From assembly GCA_003278145.1 (NCBI GenBank), contig QCGV01000003.1, positions 28,385 through 92,384 on the forward strand: 64,000 nt of DNA, written 5' to 3'. Position numbers and translations under genes: made by a program. Below, piece by piece: positions 62,217 to 64,000 of this stretch. Every line of letters starts with the position of its first letter. The stretch's first letter is position 1. The notes under the pieces are model-generated. The model had not been told where the DNA came from. It saw only the letters and a list, made by a program, of their open reading frames with translations, and did not search any database. The stretch is from OCS116 cluster bacterium AG-390-A19. Lineage in GTDB: Bacteria > Pseudomonadota > Alphaproteobacteria > MED-G09.

Positions 62217-62888
62217 TTAAAATCTCCATCCATAACCAATACTTACAGCAAGTGGATCAAGATCTACTGATGCAGTTGCAACCCCGGCAGGACCAGCATC
62301 AATTACTGTATCGGTCGAAAGTTTATATTTCTTAATATCAATATTAAAATAGTTATTCTCATTGATAACATAATCAAAACCAATATTCAGAGCAAAACCG
62401 AAGTCATCTTTATAACTAATACCTACAGCATCACCAGGATTATCATCATAGAAAAAAGTATAATTTAATCCAGCACCTATATAAGGTAAAAATCTACTTT
62501 CACTATTAAAGTGATATTGCAAAGTAAATGTAGGTGGCAGAACTTTTACTGTACCTAAATTAACATCTCCAAGAGCCGTACCTATTGCTTTTACACTGTG
62601 TTCAGTGGTTCCAAAAATTGCTTCAATTGCTATATTATCAGTTAAGAAATATCTAATATCTAATTCTGGTACTGTATCATCATCAACTTTTGCTTCACCA
62701 CCAATAGAAGTAACTGATTTTTCATCAGGGTCTAAATTTAAAACCTTGAGACCAACTAACCATTTTCCAGCACTTTTAAAAGCTGAAGCTTCTTGAGAAT
62801 TTACGTTTAGTGGACTAATGGATATAAATAAAACTAATATCAGAGATGATACCAGCGATAGAGTTTTTTTAAAAAATTGTTTTTTCAT
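62217..62888 (-). CDS. ompW: OmpW-family outer-membrane beta-barrel protein
   Basis: It has a signal peptide, the IGAGLNYTFF motif and the C-terminal ..SIGYGWRF. The protein is 223 aa. Confidence 0.8.
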   Translation of the reverse strand: MKKQFFKKTLSLVSSLILVLFISISPLNVNSQEASAFKSAGKWLVGLKVLNLDPDEKSVTSIGGEAKVDDDTVPELDIRYFLTDNIAIEAIFGTTEHSVKAIGTALGDVNLGTVKVLPPTFTLQYHFNSESRFLPYIGAGLNYTFFYDDNPGDAVGISYKDDFGFALNIGFDYVINENNYFNIDIKKYKLSTDTVIDAGPAGVATASVDLDPLAVSIGYGWRF

Positions 62889-63076
62889 TTTTTCCTCTCT
62901 TTAGTGCTTTTAGGAAATCTAGGGTGCACAATCTGAAAATCAAATACCCAGCTTTTTTAGAAAGCTAAACTTCACTATCGTAACAAATGAGAGAGGAACC
63001 TTTTTTTGCTTAATAAGCCACATTAAAGTTACCACCTTCGCAGGTCAATGCAGGTTGGCAGGGATTACTCCCTCTC
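62889..63076 (-). promoter_or_regulatory. Candidate structured 5' leader (unclassified riboswitch or thermosensor) controlling the ompW SD
   Basis: A G+C-enriched 88-nt core (63076->62989) contains two GNRA-capped hairpins. Its segment UUCCUCUCU (62998->62990) can pair with upstream GAGAGGGA (63076->63069). The same segment also pairs perfectly (9/9) with the SD region AGAGAGGAA (62901->62893). Confidence 0.4.
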
Positions 63077-63245
63077 AAAATGTTATTTGTTAGATAAAGC
63101 TAATTTTTAATAATTGCAAACAAAATATGCTTAGCATTGAATTTTAAATTTATGTTATAAGAACTTAATAAGTTATATAAAAAACTAAGATTTCTATTTA
63201 TAAGATTTTAATAATATAAATATTAATAGAATAATGTTGGAAATT

Positions 63246-64000
63246 ATGGACAAACCAATACCAAATAATTTTTTGAATGATTTAGAGCCCTACAAAGGCG
63301 GTGCAAGTAGCGTTAATGGTATTGAGAAAATATTTAAACTTTCCTCTAATGAAAATCCATTTGGTCCAAGTGATAGTGTTGTTAACGCCTATAATGATGC
63401 TTTAAAAGATATAACTATATATCCTGATCCATCAAATAAATTGTTAGTGTCAAAATTGTCTGAATTTTACTCAATAAACCCAAATAATATAATTTGTGGT
63501 TGCGGTTCAGATGAAATACTTCACCTACTTGCTAGAGCTTATTTATCTGGAAATGATGAAGCAATAGTTTCTGAGAATTCTTTTGCTGTTTACCCTTTGG
63601 CTATTAAGGCATCTGGTGCAAGAATTGTAAGAGCAAAAGAGTTGAATTTTCAAACACAGACAGAAGCAATCTTAGGCTTGGTAAATAATTCTACAAAGAT
63701 GATTTTTATAGCTAATCCAAATAATCCTACAGGAACAATGATTTCATACGAGGATTTAAAAGATCTCCATAAAAAACTTCCATCCAATGTATTACTAATC
63801 ATTGATGAAGCATATATAGAATATGTAAATGATAATAATTATTCTTCATTTATTTCTCTCGTTGAGAATAATAATAATGTTGTGGTAACTAGAACCTTTT
63901 CAAAAGCTTATGGACTTGCTGGGTTAAGGGTGGGTTGGGCTTATTGCCCTAGTGAAGTAATAAATGTTTTAGGTCGTTTAAGAATACCTTTTTCGGTAAA
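63246..64000 (+). CDS. hisC: Histidinol-phosphate aminotransferase (3' end beyond window)
   Basis: The frame is open to the window end and is not in the ORF track because it has no stop. It has the motifs LSSNENPFGPS, ANPNNPTG, IDEAY and the PLP-lysine RTFSKAYGLAGLRVGW. The start is ATG 63246 or the in-frame ATG 63234. Confidence 0.85.
   Translation, partial: MDKPIPNNFLNDLEPYKGGASSVNGIEKIFKLSSNENPFGPSDSVVNAYNDALKDITIYPDPSNKLLVSKLSEFYSINPNNIICGCGSDEILHLLARAYLSGNDEAIVSENSFAVYPLAIKASGARIVRAKELNFQTQTEAILGLVNNSTKMIFIANPNNPTGTMISYEDLKDLHKKLPSNVLLIIDEAYIEYVNDNNYSSFISLVENNNNVVVTRTFSKAYGLAGLRVGWAYCPSEVINVLGRLRIPFSV

Noticed and set aside
62989-63076. I asked whether the G+C-rich element between ompW and hisC is a known RNA: SRP/4.5S RNA, glycine riboswitch, SAM-II/SAM-V, TPP, cobalamin or yybP-ykoY.
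   Set aside because: - The near-invariant SRP domain IV motif (GGUCCGGAAGGAAGCAGC) is absent on both strands.
- Glycine-like fragments (GCGAAGGUGGUAAC, GCAAAAAAAGG) are in the wrong order relative to the CUCUC strand.
- The AGCUUU/AAAGCU pair further downstream forms a simple hairpin rather than the SAM-II pseudoknot layout.
- There is no B12 box and no CUGAGA/ACCUGAUCUGG TPP core.

I therefore kept it only as an unclassified candidate. An Infernal scan is needed.

Overview
This is a very AT-rich (about 30% G+C by eye), extremely gene-dense chromosomal segment. It holds about 60 intact CDS and one tRNA. Most spacers are under 100 bp, and many genes overlap by 1-20 nt.

Local synteny points to a free-living, genome-streamlined marine-type alphaproteobacterium, Pelagibacterales-like or a similarly AT-rich lineage. 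The supporting gene orders are rpsA-ihfB; pyrF-trpF-trpB-trpA-accD-folC; pckA <> chvI-chvG-EIIA(Man)-ahcY; regB-regA; lptC-lptA-lptB; infC-rpmI-rplT-pheS-pheT; and metX-metW. The exact taxon cannot be fixed from the sequence alone. I saw no rRNA, CRISPR array, transposase, integrase or phage genes.

Several accessory-looking modules sit inside the housekeeping backbone:
- Two tandem TonB-dependent receptors (TBDRs) lie next to a tightly coupled DUF3108-DUF1330-2OG/Fe(II) oxygenase operon (20.4-28.5 kb).
- A 1022-aa TBDR is translationally coupled to a secreted M14 carboxypeptidase. That carboxypeptidase ORF runs antisense through tRNA-Ser(GGA) (33.6-38.0 kb).
- A fourth TBDR lies between a purine permease and a purine phosphoribosyltransferase (48.4-52.9 kb).

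The most interesting non-coding signals are:
- A G+C-enriched, multi-hairpin leader upstream of ompW(-metX-metW). It has an explicit SD / anti-SD / anti-anti-SD arrangement and may be an unclassified riboswitch or RNA thermometer.
- An orphan terminator-like hairpin, an (ATT)7 microsatellite and a G6 run in the 396-bp spacer between the two tandem TBDRs.

Other observations:
- The alphaproteobacterial PTS(Ntr)/rpoN regulatory neighbourhoods look eroded. hprK and npr are missing beside EIIA(Man), and rpoN-hpf-ptsN are missing after lptB.
- An ExoI-like exonuclease sits where addAB usually lie.
- infC starts at a non-canonical ATA codon that the ORF track truncates.
- Several convergent gene pairs overlap at their stop codons.

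All functional calls are motif and synteny recognition by eye. No database search was possible.
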